From Ministeria vibrans ATCC 50519 (lineage: Eukaryota > Protista > Filasterea), in the NCBI GenBank assembly GCA_943704425.1, contig CALSCP010000141.1, positions 9,567-73,566 on the forward strand: 64,000 bases of DNA. The letters run 5' to 3'. The notes below the pieces were generated by a model, which did not search any database, was not told the origin of the DNA, and worked only from the letters and a program-made list of their open reading frames with translations. Below are positions 44,513-58,100 of the stretch, one piece after another. The translations under genes were made by a program, and so were the position numbers. Position 1 is the first letter of the stretch, and every line of letters starts with the position of its first letter.

Positions 44513-47500
44513 ATGGGAAAACCTCCAAAGGCCCCGCCCACCAAACCCAAATCGAGCCGCAAAAACGGAACCGATGAAAACACTGACGCATCGCTCGACA
44601 TCCGGATCCCTGCCGTCGGCGACCGTGTCTGGGTCGTTGATCCTACGGATGCGTACAAAATTGCAACGGCGCGCTCGGTCACTCTGTCCTCAGGCGAGTG
44701 TATGGTCGAAGTAAGTGTCCGTTGCCATTTCTCTGCCCTACGCATAATCGCCCGCTCCAACGACTCTCAGCCCCTTTCCTGCTTGCCATCTCACTTGCCC
44801 TCATCTTTACACCGGTCCTTGCTGGTCTTTCTTTCATGAAATGGATGAAACCGAAGACAAACCGCCGCGAAACAATTACCGCTGCTTTGTTCACCCCTCT
44901 CATCGCCCCCACGTGCAGGTTGTCGACGACAAGTACAAGACGAGCGTGGTGGCGGCGTCTGCCACGAGCCCCGTCAATCCGTCGTCCCAGGACGGCGCCA
45001 TGGACTCGACGCAGCTCATGTACCTGCATGATCCGTCGCTGCTGCACAATGTTCGCGTCCGCTACGCACAACAGGACATCCATACCTACACTGCGCACAT
45101 TCTTGTCGTCATCAATCCTTACCAGCGCCTCAGCATCTACGACGCGGTCACCATGCACCGTTACGAAGGCCGTCCCATCGGTGCGCTTCCCCCTCACGTC
45201 TTTGCTATGGCAGATCGCGCCTACCGCCAAATGAAATCTCAACATTGCGATCAGTCGGTCGTCGTCAGCGGCGAGTCGGGTGCAGGCAAAACCGAAACAT
45301 GCAAGCTTGTCATGCGTTACTTCTCGTTCGTGGGCCGAGGTGACGCCGACTCGGATGCCTCCGCCTCCATGCGGGATATTGAGACCAAAGTCATGCAGGT
45401 ACGCTATACTCTCGCACCCTCTTTCCCCGAATAATTGTTTTTTGTTTGTGTGCAAGGTGAACCCTGTTCTGGAGGCGTTTGGCAACGCAAAGACGCTGCG
45501 CAACAACAACTCGTCGCGCTTTGGCAAGTTCACCGAGATGCGCTTTGATGGTGCCGCCAAGCTGGTAGGTGCCTCGGTCGAGACGTATCTTCTGGAGAAA
45601 CCGCGTGTGGTGGCGCCGGCCGAAGGCGAGCGTACCTTTCATGTCTTCTATCAGCTGGTGGCGGGTGCGTCGGCTGCAGACCGCGGGCGATGGCACCTCG
45701 ACAATAACGCGACCGCAAGCGACTTTGATGTGCTCGCACGCGGACACTGCACTTCCATTGGCGGTGTCGACGATGCCGCGGATTTTACCGAGATGCGTAC
45801 AGCCCTGGGCACCGTGGGCTTTGCACCGGAAGAGTGTGCTAGTGTCTTTGACGTAATTGCTGCTCTGTTGCATCTGGGAAATGTGTCTTTTGAAGGCACG
45901 GCTGCTCGCTCCGCGACGCCCTCAAGCCGTCTGAGCGACGTGGGTCGCAATGCCGCAGCGCACGTGAGTGTTCTTCTGGGCATCCGCGAGTCATTGTTGT
46001 GCGAGCGACTCACATTACGCATCATCAATGCGGGTGGACCCAAGGCACGCACACAGGGAAGCCGTAGTGGCGCTGGTGACACTATGAAGATTCCACTGTC
46101 ACCCTTGGACGCCGAGTTTGCACGCGATGCTCTGGCTAAGTACATATATGCCCGTCTCGTCTTTCCCTGGCTCGTCCACCGCATCAACTCCTGTCTGCCC
46201 CGCGACGACGCCGTCTCGGCCGCCCTCATCGGCATCCTTGACATTGCCGGCTTTGAGGTGTTCGAGCGCAATGGCTTTGAACAGCTTTGCATTAACCATG
46301 CCAACGAACAGATCCAACAGTACTTTAACCGGCAGATTTTGCTGCAGGAACAGGATATTTACGAACTCGAAGGGTTACGCTACCGTCGCGTCGAATTTCA
46401 CGACAACACCACTACCATCGATTTGCTCGAGGAGCGATCGCAGGGCATTCTGGCGCTGCTCGACGAAGAATGCGTCATGCCCAAGGCAACCGACAAAACC
46501 TTCACTAACAAGGTCTGTCTTCGTTTTTCATATTTCGCGTTTCTAATTTTTTTTCTCTTTTTTTTTGTTCCTACACGCACACACGCTCTCTCTGTCACTT
46601 TGCTTGTTTCTCCCTTTTCTCACTTTGTTTGTTTCTCCCTCCTCTCACCTTGTTTGTTTCTCCCACCTTTCACTTTGTTTGTTTCTTCCTTCTCTCCCTT
46701 TGTTTCTCCCTTTTCTCACTTTGTTTGTGTCTCTCTCCCTCCTCTCTCTTTTCTCTCTTCTGTCTTCCTCCCTATCTTGGTTGCTTTCTTTGGTCGTTAG
46801 GTGCACACAATACATCGAGGCTCACCGAGTCTCGGCCGACCAGATCGCACGTGCCCCTTGAAGGAAGACGATGCGTTTGTGGTGCGCCACTTTGCAGGAG
46901 ACGTTATGTACGCCACGGCCGGCTTCCTCGACAAGAACAACGACGCCCTTCACGACAGTCTTCAGGAAGTGCTCACCACAACCGAAAGCGACTTTGTGCG
47001 AGTCTTGCTTGATCTCGATGCGAGCGACAGCCAAGTGGGCGGCGGCCGCTCCCCCTCCAAGTCTGGCCGTGTCAAGTCGGTTGCCCGTCGTTTCCGCACT
47101 CAACTTGCCTCGCTCCTTACGCGCCTCAACAGCGCCCCGTCCACATTCATTCGTTGCATCAAGCCGAACATGCAGCAGGTGCCGCGCATCTTTGACGGGC
47201 CCATGGTCATGAACCAGCTGCGTTGCAGTGGCATGTGTGCCGCCGTGCGTCTGATGCAGGCGGGCTTCCCAACGCGCTGTCCCTTCGATTCGCTCTTCAG
47301 TCGCTACGCCCCGAAAATGCCCTATGCCATTGCCAATCTAAAGCCAGCTCTGTTTTGTGAGGCGCTTCTTGTTGCACTCGACCTCAGTCCCAAAGACTTT
47401 CAGATTGGTCTTACCAAGGTATTCTTTCGACCGGGCAAAATGGCCGTGCTCGAGGAGCTCCTCTCGACCGACTCAGAAGAGAAAATCCAGTCTGTTGTGG

Positions 47501-50500
47501 CCCGTGTCAAACGCTGGCTTGCCCGTCGTCGCTTTCGCAGCGCCATACACTCTGTGCTTGCCTTTGAGCGCATGCGTCGTCGCCTCGTCGGCATTCGTGC
47601 CCTCAAGAAGCTCCAGCGTGCCGTACGCATTGTCGTTCGCATGCGCCCCTGGTTCCGCATCCTTCGTCGCTCGCGGGCCCGTCTCATGGAACGCCGTCGC
47701 GCCGAACAACTTGAAGCGGAGCGCGAGGCCGATCGGAAGCGGGCCGAGGAGGAGGCAGCGCGTGAATTGGAGGCCCGTCAGAAGCGTGAACTCGAAGAGA
47801 AACTCGAGCGCGACCATCGTTTGGCGGAGCTTCGTCGTCAGCAGGAGGAGGAGCACTCAAAGCGCGCCGAGTACGAGAAGGAGCTGCAGGCGACGCGCAA
47901 GGCCGTGTCGGCTTTTGATGGCGAGCGACTCACGTGGCAGACGGAACGTGAGGGATTGTTGGCGCGGGTCGACGAGGCGGTCGCCCAGGTAGCCACTGCC
48001 GCCCAGAACAAGGCGGCGCTCGAGTCACAGCTAGGCGAACTCCAGAGTGCCAAGGATCAGCTGCAACAGGAGACTACTGCGGCCCAGGCGGCGCGCACGG
48101 CTCTTGAGTTGCGTGTGCGCACCATGGAAGAACAGCGCGAGAGCGAGCTGACACAACGCAGCGAGGACACTTCCGAGATGCAGCGTGCTCTTGACGACGC
48201 TATTACGTCACGTCAAGAGCTCGAGTTGCGTCTGCAAGATGCAGAACAGCGTCTTGGTGCTCAGACGCGCTTGGTCGAGGAAGGGCGTGCGACGATTGCG
48301 AGCGAGCGAGAGGAACGCAGTGCCGTCGAGCGGCTGCTCAAGGTGAGTGAAACAGAGAGAGTTGCTCTGGTGAGTTCGCACGAGGCCGAGTGTGTTGCAC
48401 ACACCCAGCAGCTGGAGATGGTCACTCAGGCGCGTGTCCGCCTTGAGGGTCGTGCCGAGGAACTCGGCGAACAACTGCGTGAATTGCGCCAAGAGCAGCA
48501 AAGCATGCGCGAAGAGTTAGCGGCCGCCAAGTCAAGTGCGAGCACCGCAACGGAACGCGTGAGCACCCTTGAAGCGCAACGCGCCGAGGAGCAGCGTATG
48601 CATCAGATGGAGGCGTCGTCGGTCGACCGTGAGCTTGGCGTTGCGCTGGCCACTCGCCAAGAACTCGATCTGAAACTTCAGTCGGCACAGCACGAGGCGC
48701 ACAGAGCACAGGAGACGCTCTCGGCGGTGCGCACAGAGCTCGCGTCCGAACACAGTTTGCGGGACGCCAACGATCAGCGTGTTCGCGAACTCGAGTCTCA
48801 GCTTGAGTCGATGCGCGGCGAACACCAGCTTGCATTGTCGTCGCTGTCACAGCAACTGGGCGTGGCGACCGGCTCGAGCCAGGTCTTGCGAAGTCGCATT
48901 GAGGAACTGGAGCGCACTTTGGCAGCCCAAGTCTCGACACACGACGCACTCACGACCGAAGCAAGTACGCTGCGTGCGCGCTGTGCTCTTCTCGAGAGTC
49001 GCAGTGAAACGCTCGAGCGGCAGCGTGCCGAGGCCCAGACACTCCGCGAGGGCACCGGGACACGTCTGCAAGCGCAGTTGCGTGAGAGCACCAAGCACCG
49101 TCTGCGTCTCGATGGGTTGTTGCAGGCGGCGCATGCAGCGCATCGCCGTGATGTTGCGCTGCTTGGCCTCCTTCGCTGGCGCGTACAAGTCAAACTAATT
49201 GCATTCAATCGTTTACAGGCGGAGAATCATGAGCAGACGGCTGCATTGATGGCGCGCGTGCACACGTCGGAGGATTTGGCGCGCGAGAAGAGCGCCGCTC
49301 ACGAGCAGCTGCGTCTCGAGATGGTGGGACTCGAGCGTCTCAATGCCATCAACATGGAGGCGAGCACACGCGAGGCCGACTGGCAGTTGCAGTCGATGCG
49401 GCGCGAGGCGGACGCCATCGCACAGGAGCTCGATTTGGAACGGGAACGGTACGCGACGCTTGAAGAGAAGGTGTCGATGCTGGAGCGGGCGCGTCGTGTG
49501 CTGCAGTGGCAACAGAGTGCCGAGCGCGCACGCCTGCAGCGTTCCGAGCAAGAGTGGCGTCAGCGCTGGGAAAACGAGCAGGCGACCGCCATGGCGGCTC
49601 TGCAAGAGCGCGACGAGTTGCGACAGCGCGTCGCAGTTCTTACCGCTGCCATGCCCAAGCGCCGCCGTGAACGCTCACACCAGTCCAAGGGAGGCATGAT
49701 GGTCCAAGGCACGGGCATTGTTGGACTCGACGACGGCGACGACGACCACGGCAACAGCGAAGCAGTGCCGGCGGCCGTTGTAGTCGAACGTGATCAGCTG
49801 CGTGCGCGCGTGGCGCGTCTTGAGCAGGAAGCCGGCACGGCCGAGTCGGAGCGGAACAAGCTTGAGGAGGATGTGGCGCACAACGAGGAGGTGCTCGAGG
49901 AACTGCATCGAATGCTACAGCTTGCTGTGGAAGAGGCGCGACAGCTTCGTGAAAGTGCGGCTGCTGCTGCTGCTGGTGGCAGTGCTGGTGCCGGGGGTCT
50001 CCTAGTGGACGCTGCAGGGGGTGGCAGTCGGACGCAGCGATTGAGCGTGACTGCACCCGGCCAATGCGACGCGTGTAGCTCGTCGCGACGTCCTTTGCAC
50101 GAGGCGAGTGTACATGGCCACGGCGCCTGCGTTGTGGCGGCCATCAAGGGATTGCAGTCGTCAAAGGGCGCCACGATGTTGCTGGGGGAGCAAATGGACG
50201 AACTCGACGACAACAATGCGACAGCGATTCACGTTGCGGCCAGCGCCGGCTCCGAAGAGTGTCTGCGTCTGCTGGTGGAGGCGGGAGCGAACCTGGAGCG
50301 TCGCGACGACATGAAACGCACAGCGTTGCATCGGGCCGCCATGAAGGGACACACCAAGGTGGTGGAGCAGCTTGTGCGCATGCGCGTGGCGCTTGACAAG
50401 ATAGACGAGCGCGGCAAGACGCCCCTTGACATTGCAGCCGCTCTTGGACATGTGGACGCAGCGGCAGCTCTTGCCCGTGCCGGGGCCAAACTGGCTGGCG

Positions 50501-51726
50501 GCAACGGCACACGCGGCTCACCCATGCACGTTGCGGCCGAAAGGGGCGATGTTGCCATGCTTGAGGCACTGATTCGTGCGGGCGCGAGTGTGAACGATGC
50601 GGACGTCAACGGTCGCTCGCCCGTCTACGTGGCGGCGTCGTACGGCCAAACGGACGCGCTCAAGGTGTTGCTTGAGCACGACGCGACACCCGATGCGCTC
50701 GTCGAAGGTGGTCACGCGCCACTGTACGCGGCGGCCAGTGACGGCCGCACAGGCGTCATGAAGCTGCTGCTTGAGGGCGGTGCCGATCCCAATGCCCACT
50801 ATGAGGTTGACGGCTGGAACGTGCTGCACAAGTGCGCGAGTGCGGGCCTTGCCGACTGTGTACGTCTACTGGCCGCGTCGGCGCACGTCAACGCAACGAC
50901 CAATGACGGTTCGCACATGACTGCGTTGCACATGGCGGTGCGCGGCCAACACGAGGCGGTAGTCGACTCGCTGCTTGGATGTGGCGCCGAGCCCGATGTG
51001 CGTGACAACAACGATCGCACGCCCTTGCACCATGCGATTCTCATGGGTCATACGGGACTGGTGCGCACCCTGCTGGACAACGATGCGTCGGTGCTGTTGA
51101 GGACCAAAGACGGCACAACCACCATGGACATGGCCGACGACTGTGGTGTGGACGAAATTGTCGAACTCATCGAGACGGCGACGCAGGAGCAGCGCGAATT
51201 GCAAAACGAGCTGGACAGCGGTATCAGTGAGGAAGAGGCGGGTCAGCCGACAAGCGAGTCTGCCATGGACGCGGACGCCCCGTTGGCCACGTCGATTTCA
51301 TCGGGAACAACAACATCAACAGCAGTGCCCATGCTCCGGGGCTCGCATCGGCGACGACGACAGTCGATTACGCACACGGGTGCAGGCGTTGGCGCAGCGG
51401 CGGGTGGGTCTCGCCGAGAGCGACGAGGATCTGTCTTCCGTGCTCCAACGACAGTCACACTGCGATTGCACGGACAGACTATAGGCGGAGTGCGTGTGCG
51501 CGTGGAGGACACTGTTAACGAGATGCTCACCAATGCTTCTATTGCCCTCAAGACACCCGGCGTAAGCGAGAAACACAAACAAACAAAAATTCTATATTTT
51601 CGTCTTTTAATTTTCTCTTCTTTCATTTCGCATCAGGTGACCTACTCAATGCTGGTCGATGAAAGTGGTGTGGCCGTGGACGACACGTCTCTATTGGAAC
51701 GAGGAGAAATTATCTATGCAACTTAG
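44513..51726 (+). CDS. Myosin VI-like motor with insert-2, IQ, SAH/coiled-coil and ankyrin-repeat tail
   Basis: GESGAGKTE, LEAFGNAKTLRNNNSSRFGKF, RDALAK, ILDIAGFE; converter GFPTR..LFCEALLVAL..GLTKVFFRPGK..RVKRWL. Long E/R/Q coiled region, then ~10 ankyrin repeats (TALHRAA, TPLDIAA, TPLHHAI). Confidence 0.9.
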
Positions 51727-51841
51727 CTCAGACAAGTGACACAAATAAAACATTATTATTATTATTATTATTATTGTTATTATTATTACACTATTAGAAA
51801 ATAAATAGAGAATTGAGAGCTGTACTCAATGTCAACTCAAA

Positions 51842-51870
<29 letters not shown>

Positions 51871-51874
<4 letters not shown>

Positions 51875-54050
51875 GTTAAGAGCGACTGGATGACGGACAT
51901 CATTTGTTGAAGGGCGAGACGTGCCTCGGGGTCAACGGACTGGTTCTGGTGCTGCTGGAGCGTGACGATGCTGTTGCGTACAGCGGCCACAAGTGATACG
52001 GACGGGGCGGTCGCAGCGCTTGTCGCCGTGGTATTGGAAGTTGTGGTACTGAGGCGAGTTCGCTTCTCATCCCTCGAGACGCCCCCATCATCGGGCGTCA
52101 CTGAAGAATTGGGTCGCTTGAGCGACGGCTGACAAGCCACTGTTGTGTTCCAAACACGCGCGCGCTCTGCACGATGCTCGGGCGAATCCACAAGGGGCGC
52201 GAGAGCACCACCAGTGGGATCGTATGGCTCATTTTGCACATAGGCCACAAAGACGGGTCGATTGGCTTCGCTTATGAGCGCCGGTGGCAAATCAGTGTAC
52301 ACGGTGTGCTTCATGAAGGTAAACAGACTGGAGAAGCCAGCGTCGCGCACGAGCCAGGACACGTCGTCGCCTACAAGGCGCGCAAAGAGTGCCTTCCATG
52401 CGCCAACAGCACGTTGCTCGGCCGTGCGTGGGCTCACGCTGGCACGACCACACTGGCCGAGAAACCGCGCAGTGGAAATCCACAGGGGCGCAAAAGTTGA
52501 GTCGCGCACAGAGACGTCGGCGAGTGCGGCAAGGATGCTGGCGGTGTCGTCGCCCGAGAGACGACACACCATTGTTGGCGTGGCAACAAGGTCCACGCTT
52601 ACGATAAGAGCGTCAACAAGGGCCGCCTTGGATGACGACGAAGCGGATGGACGAGCTAGCATGGCGACACCACGCACCACCAGGTCACAGACCCACTGGG
52701 TGAGATGCGCATGAACGTCGTCGGACACATTATCGGTGACCAAGTTGTCAACTTGGTAGACACGCACAAGGCAAGTGAGAGTGGCACTAATGGTACGGAG
52801 GGTTTTTGTCTGGGTGTCATCAAATGAGCCGGTCGCCGACAGCACACGCCATTGATTTGCCATTTTGTAAGAGAGCGCTACAACGGCCGGAATGAAGGAG
52901 CGAGCAAAGGCTGGCGAGAGGGAGACAAGACGGACGTGTGTCCAGGCGGCAAGACGACGGGCACCTGAGTGCTTCAGGGCAAAGGATGCCTGGGTGGAGT
53001 CATCAAGGGAGCGTAGCAGGCGCGAGAGAAGGGTCGCCACGAGGAGTTTGTCGTGTGCAACGTGATCGTAGCCCATGGCAAGCAAAAGTCGCACAGCGTG
53101 CTCGGCATGTGCCTGCGCTAAATCCGACGACTGTCTCGAGAGGAGAGAGAGTGCCTCGAGCGCAATAAGTTGCGCGTGTACATGGCCATTAGAGAGAAGC
53201 TGCGCAAAGAGACGTCGTTCAACGTGTGCAAAGAGGTGGGCGGGAATAGAGAGTGCAAGGACACAAAGGGCATGCTCGAGTTCGTCAAAGAGCAGCGGTG
53301 AGTCGACGAGCACTGGAACGTCAGCGGCACGTGACGCACGTGTCGGCGCAGTGTTGTGCAGGACGTCGAAAAGAGCATCGAATAGCGCCAAGGAGGGTGG
53401 CAGGGTGGAAGAAGCAATTGAGACGCCGGGGTCGGAAAAAAGAGGAATTTTTGTCGACGATTGGGCAAGGTCAATGAGAAAGAGTAAACGAGCCGTGGTG
53501 GGAGGTGAAGTGCGGATGAGATGCAAAAAAATAGGAGCGTGGGCACAAAGGCGCGCAGCTGCCGAAGGCAGGTACTGAAAGGCATCGTTGCGGGCTCCTT
53601 GGCTCACGTCACCTTGTGCCTTCCATTCGTAGATGCGCAGAAAGAGAGGCAGAAGATGCTGGGTAGCCTCGCCGGCCGTTTGGACAGCCGCATCGGCGGC
53701 AGGACACACACTGACCAAGTGCGACACTTTTGTGAGAAAAAAAGATAAAAAACGGCACGCCTTGAAGGCAGTCTTGTCCTCGGGGGCGGCCGATGCAGCG
53801 CGGTCACATGCGGCAAGACAGGTCTCAAAGGCACTTGTAAGTCGATCGGTGCCCACGGCGAGAACCGCGCCCAATTGACAGGCGTCGGCCAGACCGTGTT
53901 CTCCCGACGGGTCGGCTGACACGAGCTGTCCAATAAACTTGACAATGTGTTTCCACACAAGATTGACGAGTGACGAGCCGGAAGTTTCCTCGGCCTCTGC
54001 CAAACGAACGAGTAAAGTGATGGCTACAATTGAACGTGTTTGATTGCTGT

Positions 54051-54086
<36 letters not shown>

Positions 54087-54961
54087 TTTTTTTGGTACAG
54101 ACTTACCGTGGCGCACTGCCGCAATTGTGTCACAGTCAAAGACGGTGCCCACTTCGAGACGTACAAGCATTTCAAGGACACACTTGATCACATCAACAGT
54201 CATCTGCATTTGTGTAAAAAAAAAAGGTCCATTGTGGCAGACGCAAACTCATTACTGTTTTCAACCTTGAGGATTTCATTGACCTGATGGCCCGTGCGCG
54301 AAATGACACTGTTGTCCGATGCAAATTTGGAAAATGACTATGAAAAAAAAGAAGTAGGAAGATTTGAAGCCAAATTAATAATTAATACGTCTCTAGGAGG
54401 ACAAAGTGGTACCTTTGTAAATTTGAGAGAACCAATGGCCGCTTCAAGACTCATATCAGTGATGGTACTGAGTTGTGCTAGTGCTTGGAGAGTGGCCGAA
54501 GTGCCGATGGAAGAGTCGGCGTGCTTTACGACGGTGCGTAGAAAGCCCATGACAGACACAATGTTCTACAGCCAAAACAACAGCATCAGGACGCGGGCGG
54601 CGTTGTCACGGTGCACTGCATCGGGCATACTGCTTACGGCAAGAGTGGCGGCAAGGGCATCTGGAGCTGCGATGGGCGTTGACAGGGCTGTGTCGGTCAG
54701 GCGAGTGAAAGCGTTTCGCGCGCCCGAAACACACTGCTTGACGGCCGTCGAGTCGCACGCACAGTTCGGCAAGATGGTCGCCGCGAGAAACTCAATGATC
54801 TCCGAGGGAAACGATGCAAGAAGACCGGCGGCTGTGTCCGCTACAGCCGCAGCGACGCTCGCGTCGGTTGAAACGCGAATGGAACTCAAAGCGTCTCGCA
54901 ACTCTGTCGAGGTTGACGCTTGGCGCACGCGTCCCAGCAATGCTCTCAGCTCCTCGTCCAT
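51871..54961 (-). CDS. FIRRM: FIRRM/C1orf112 (FLIP, DUF4487)-like helical protein
   Basis: Five exons. LVNLVWKHIVKF, FAHVERRLFAQLL, and SWLVRDAGFSSLFTFMKHT resemble the recalled DUF4487 family. Confidence 0.7.
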
Positions 54962-55056
54962 ACTATGCGTGTCTATTCACACGGCCAGAGGGCACGTTCT
55001 ATTGAAAAGAGTGTGTGAAAGAGTGAAAATGGTATTCAAAAAAAATCATTAATTAT

Positions 55057-55099
55057 TTTTGACTTTTGAGTTTTGAGACTTTGAGTTTTGAGTTTTGAC
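55057..55099. promoter_or_regulatory. Six TTTGA(G/C) repeats in the FIRRM/TTC7 divergent promoter
   Basis: ttttgac ttttgag ttttgag actttgag ttttgag ttttgac within a 194-bp head-to-head spacer. A regulatory role is inferred only. Confidence 0.45.
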
Positions 55100-55155
55100 A
55101 TTTACTTTACTCACTCTGTGATCAATCTGATTGTTCGCTAGTCGTCCAACCAGCT

Positions 55156-58100
55156 ATGGCACCGCCGAAACCGTCGCAGTTGCGGCTTGAGATTGACAAA
55201 TGCCGTTTGAGCTATCACTTTGACGATCTGGTTGTTCTCGTCGATAGACTCCAGAAAACACCCCAGCGCACCGAAGATGACAACTGTATGTGCTCCCGTC
55301 CACCTTTTGCTTTTTCTCGAACTTTTGTCAATTGTTGAATGAGACGTTTTTTTTTTTTTTTTCTCTCTTCCTTCTGGTTCACTGTGCCCGTCCAAAGGTT
55401 TTTGCAGTGTTGCGCTGGCCGAGGCAGCCATCGAGAAGGCCCGGTCGGCCCAAGCGACAGACGAGCGCCATGGCCATGCCCAGGAGGCCCTGGGTCTGTT
55501 GAAAGCCTGCTCGTCCTTTGCCGAGGTATCAAACAAAACGAGAGCGAGAGAGAGAGAGAGCGGTCAAAAAAAAAAAAAATCAATACGTCTCCTCATTTTG
55601 TCTTCTCTCTGTGTCTTGGTAGACTCCTCTGCTGCAAGGCATCGCTCACTACATCCGAAAGGAGCTGTCTGAGGCGCGGGGTGTTCTCGAAAGTGCCAAC
55701 ATAGTCGAAATGAGCGCAGGGAGTGCGGCAGAGTGGACGCAGCGCACCAGCAGCATGCACATTGCCTATGTGCAGCTCGAGGCGCTCTATGTGTACGCAT
55801 CCATCGTAAAAGGTGACACTGCCGACAGCGCTGGTGGCAGCGACTCCGATGGCGGTAGCGCTGCCAAGGCCGCCGACTTGTTTGCGGCGGGGCTCGAGCG
55901 CGCACTCACTCGATTTGCAAGCAGTCTTGACGCCGAGCGACACGCTGGGCTGGTCGCCGCAAATGCCCTTCAACTTGCACGATTGATGTGCGATGCAAAC
56001 GAGTCGTACGAGGCGAAGAAGATGCTACGTGGCGTACTGGAGCACCGTGAGCTAGCCGACGCGGCACACAGACAAGTGCGAAGGTGCCTTGAGAATCTCC
56101 TGATGCACGCACCCGTCGATGAAGAGTACCCAACCGCAAGCATCGACTATGCATCGCACCGAACGCGACCCGCGGGCTGCTATGTGCCATCCACGCGTGT
56201 CGAAGAAGCTGCACTGCTTCTTCTGCTCGACGAGGCGAGTTTGTCGCAACCCGCCTCCACGTCGGCGCCGTCGTCGTCAACGCCCACCTCGGCTCTCCCA
56301 CCCGCCACGGCCACTACCACCAACACCACGTCGTCAGCGACCTTATCCTTTGGTGCTGATTCAGGTGCGACTGCGGCTGCTGCAGCTGCGGCCGTCGCTG
56401 CCACCGCTGCGTCTCCCGAGTTCACCCTCAAGGCATCGGCGCCTCTTTCAACAATGACCGCAGCAATGCCCGACAAGCATATTCCCTCATTGCTTGGTCC
56501 CTACGAGCCGTCTGCGTCGCGTGGCGTTTTCTACTCACCCACTTCGCGTGCGGCCGTTACTGCGTCTGTACCCAACATGCCCATGACCTCCACCGTTGCC
56601 GCAGCGCCCGTTGTGCTCGACGTCGTGTCCCTGCGTCAAGTCGAGACCAACCGCGTGTACGACCGCCTCACTATGATTCTTGCCTCCGAGCACGACTTCT
56701 TGGCGCTCTCCGAGACGCTCGATCGGTCCATGCAGCACTCCTTTGAAGACACTCACATGTGGGTGCAGTTCGCGTATGCCCTCGCGGCACACGGCGAGCA
56801 CGCGCGTGCCGTGGCAGTGCTGCAGCAGTGCGCTCGCGATCCTCACTCGGCCATCGACTCTCCCTCACTGCTTGTTGCCGTCAAGATTGCACTGGTCCAT
56901 CTCGCTGACCCCGCTCGTGCCCTCACCCTTGCCCATGCCGCGGCCGCTGCCCCTGGCGCCGACTTTGTTCGGGCCCGTCTGGCTCATCTCACCGGTCTGG
57001 CCAAGCGAGCTCTCTCTCACACTCGTACGCTTCTCTTCTCTTTGTCGTCATTATTTGCATTTTTTCCGTGTGTCGCACCTGACATTTGAGTTGTGCTTTA
57101 TTTTTAGTGACTGTATCGTTGGCGGAACGTGAGAAATACGCGCGAGAGGCGCTGGAAGACCTACAGAGTGCGTATGAGCGCGACAAACAATGCACATCGA
57201 TTGCATTGGCGTACGCTACACAGCTGAGTGAGATGCGTCGCATTGCGGATGCTGAGATAGTCTGCGCCGCTCTACTCGAGCGCGAGCCTACTCACGCCGC
57301 TGCACTTCATCTCTTGACTCTCCTCCTCAGTGCAAAGAAGCAACACAAGCGAGCACTCAAGGTATATTTGCAGATGAACCAAAGAACCGCTCCACTGGAA
57401 TATTCTCATGGTCTTTTGTTGATTGTTTTCTTCAGGCATGTGAAGCTGCACTAGAGGTTGAACCGGCGCACCTTGGGCTGCAGCATGTACATGCGCTGTT
57501 GCTAGCTGAGCTTTATGGACCTCAGGCGGCGCTTCCGGTGCTGGCGTCGTCGCTGTCGACTTGGCAGGTGCTGTACAAGGGCGCACGGACGACGGAGCAA
57601 GCGCGCAAGGGACACACGCCTTCGCAGCTGCTAATCCGCGTGCTGGGTGCGACATGGGCAGGTGCAGACACGGGGACGCTTGAAGATGCGTTGCAGCAGT
57701 ATGCGCATGAGATTGAGAGTGCCACGGGCACCCAGACATCGTCGGTAGGCGGTGGAGGGGGTGCCGTGGGCTCTGGTGCTGCAGCACCTACGACGGACGG
57801 CACAACCGGGACGCTTGCTTGTCGTTGTGCGCCCGTGGCCCATGTTGATGGACACGCAACGGGACTTGTGCCTGCGCGCCCTTTCTTTGTCAGTGCCAAT
57901 CACGAACACGCCCGCATCTGGCTTGCCCTTGGTATGTAATATAATATTTTAAATATATTTTATTGTGATATTAATATATTGGTCCCCCCGCCCCCCCCTC
58001 CCTCTCCTCTGTCAATTATTGATGTTTGCAGCCAAAGTGTTTACGGATCTGGGGCAACTAAGTGACGCACACGAGTGTGTACGTGAGGCGGCACTGCTGA

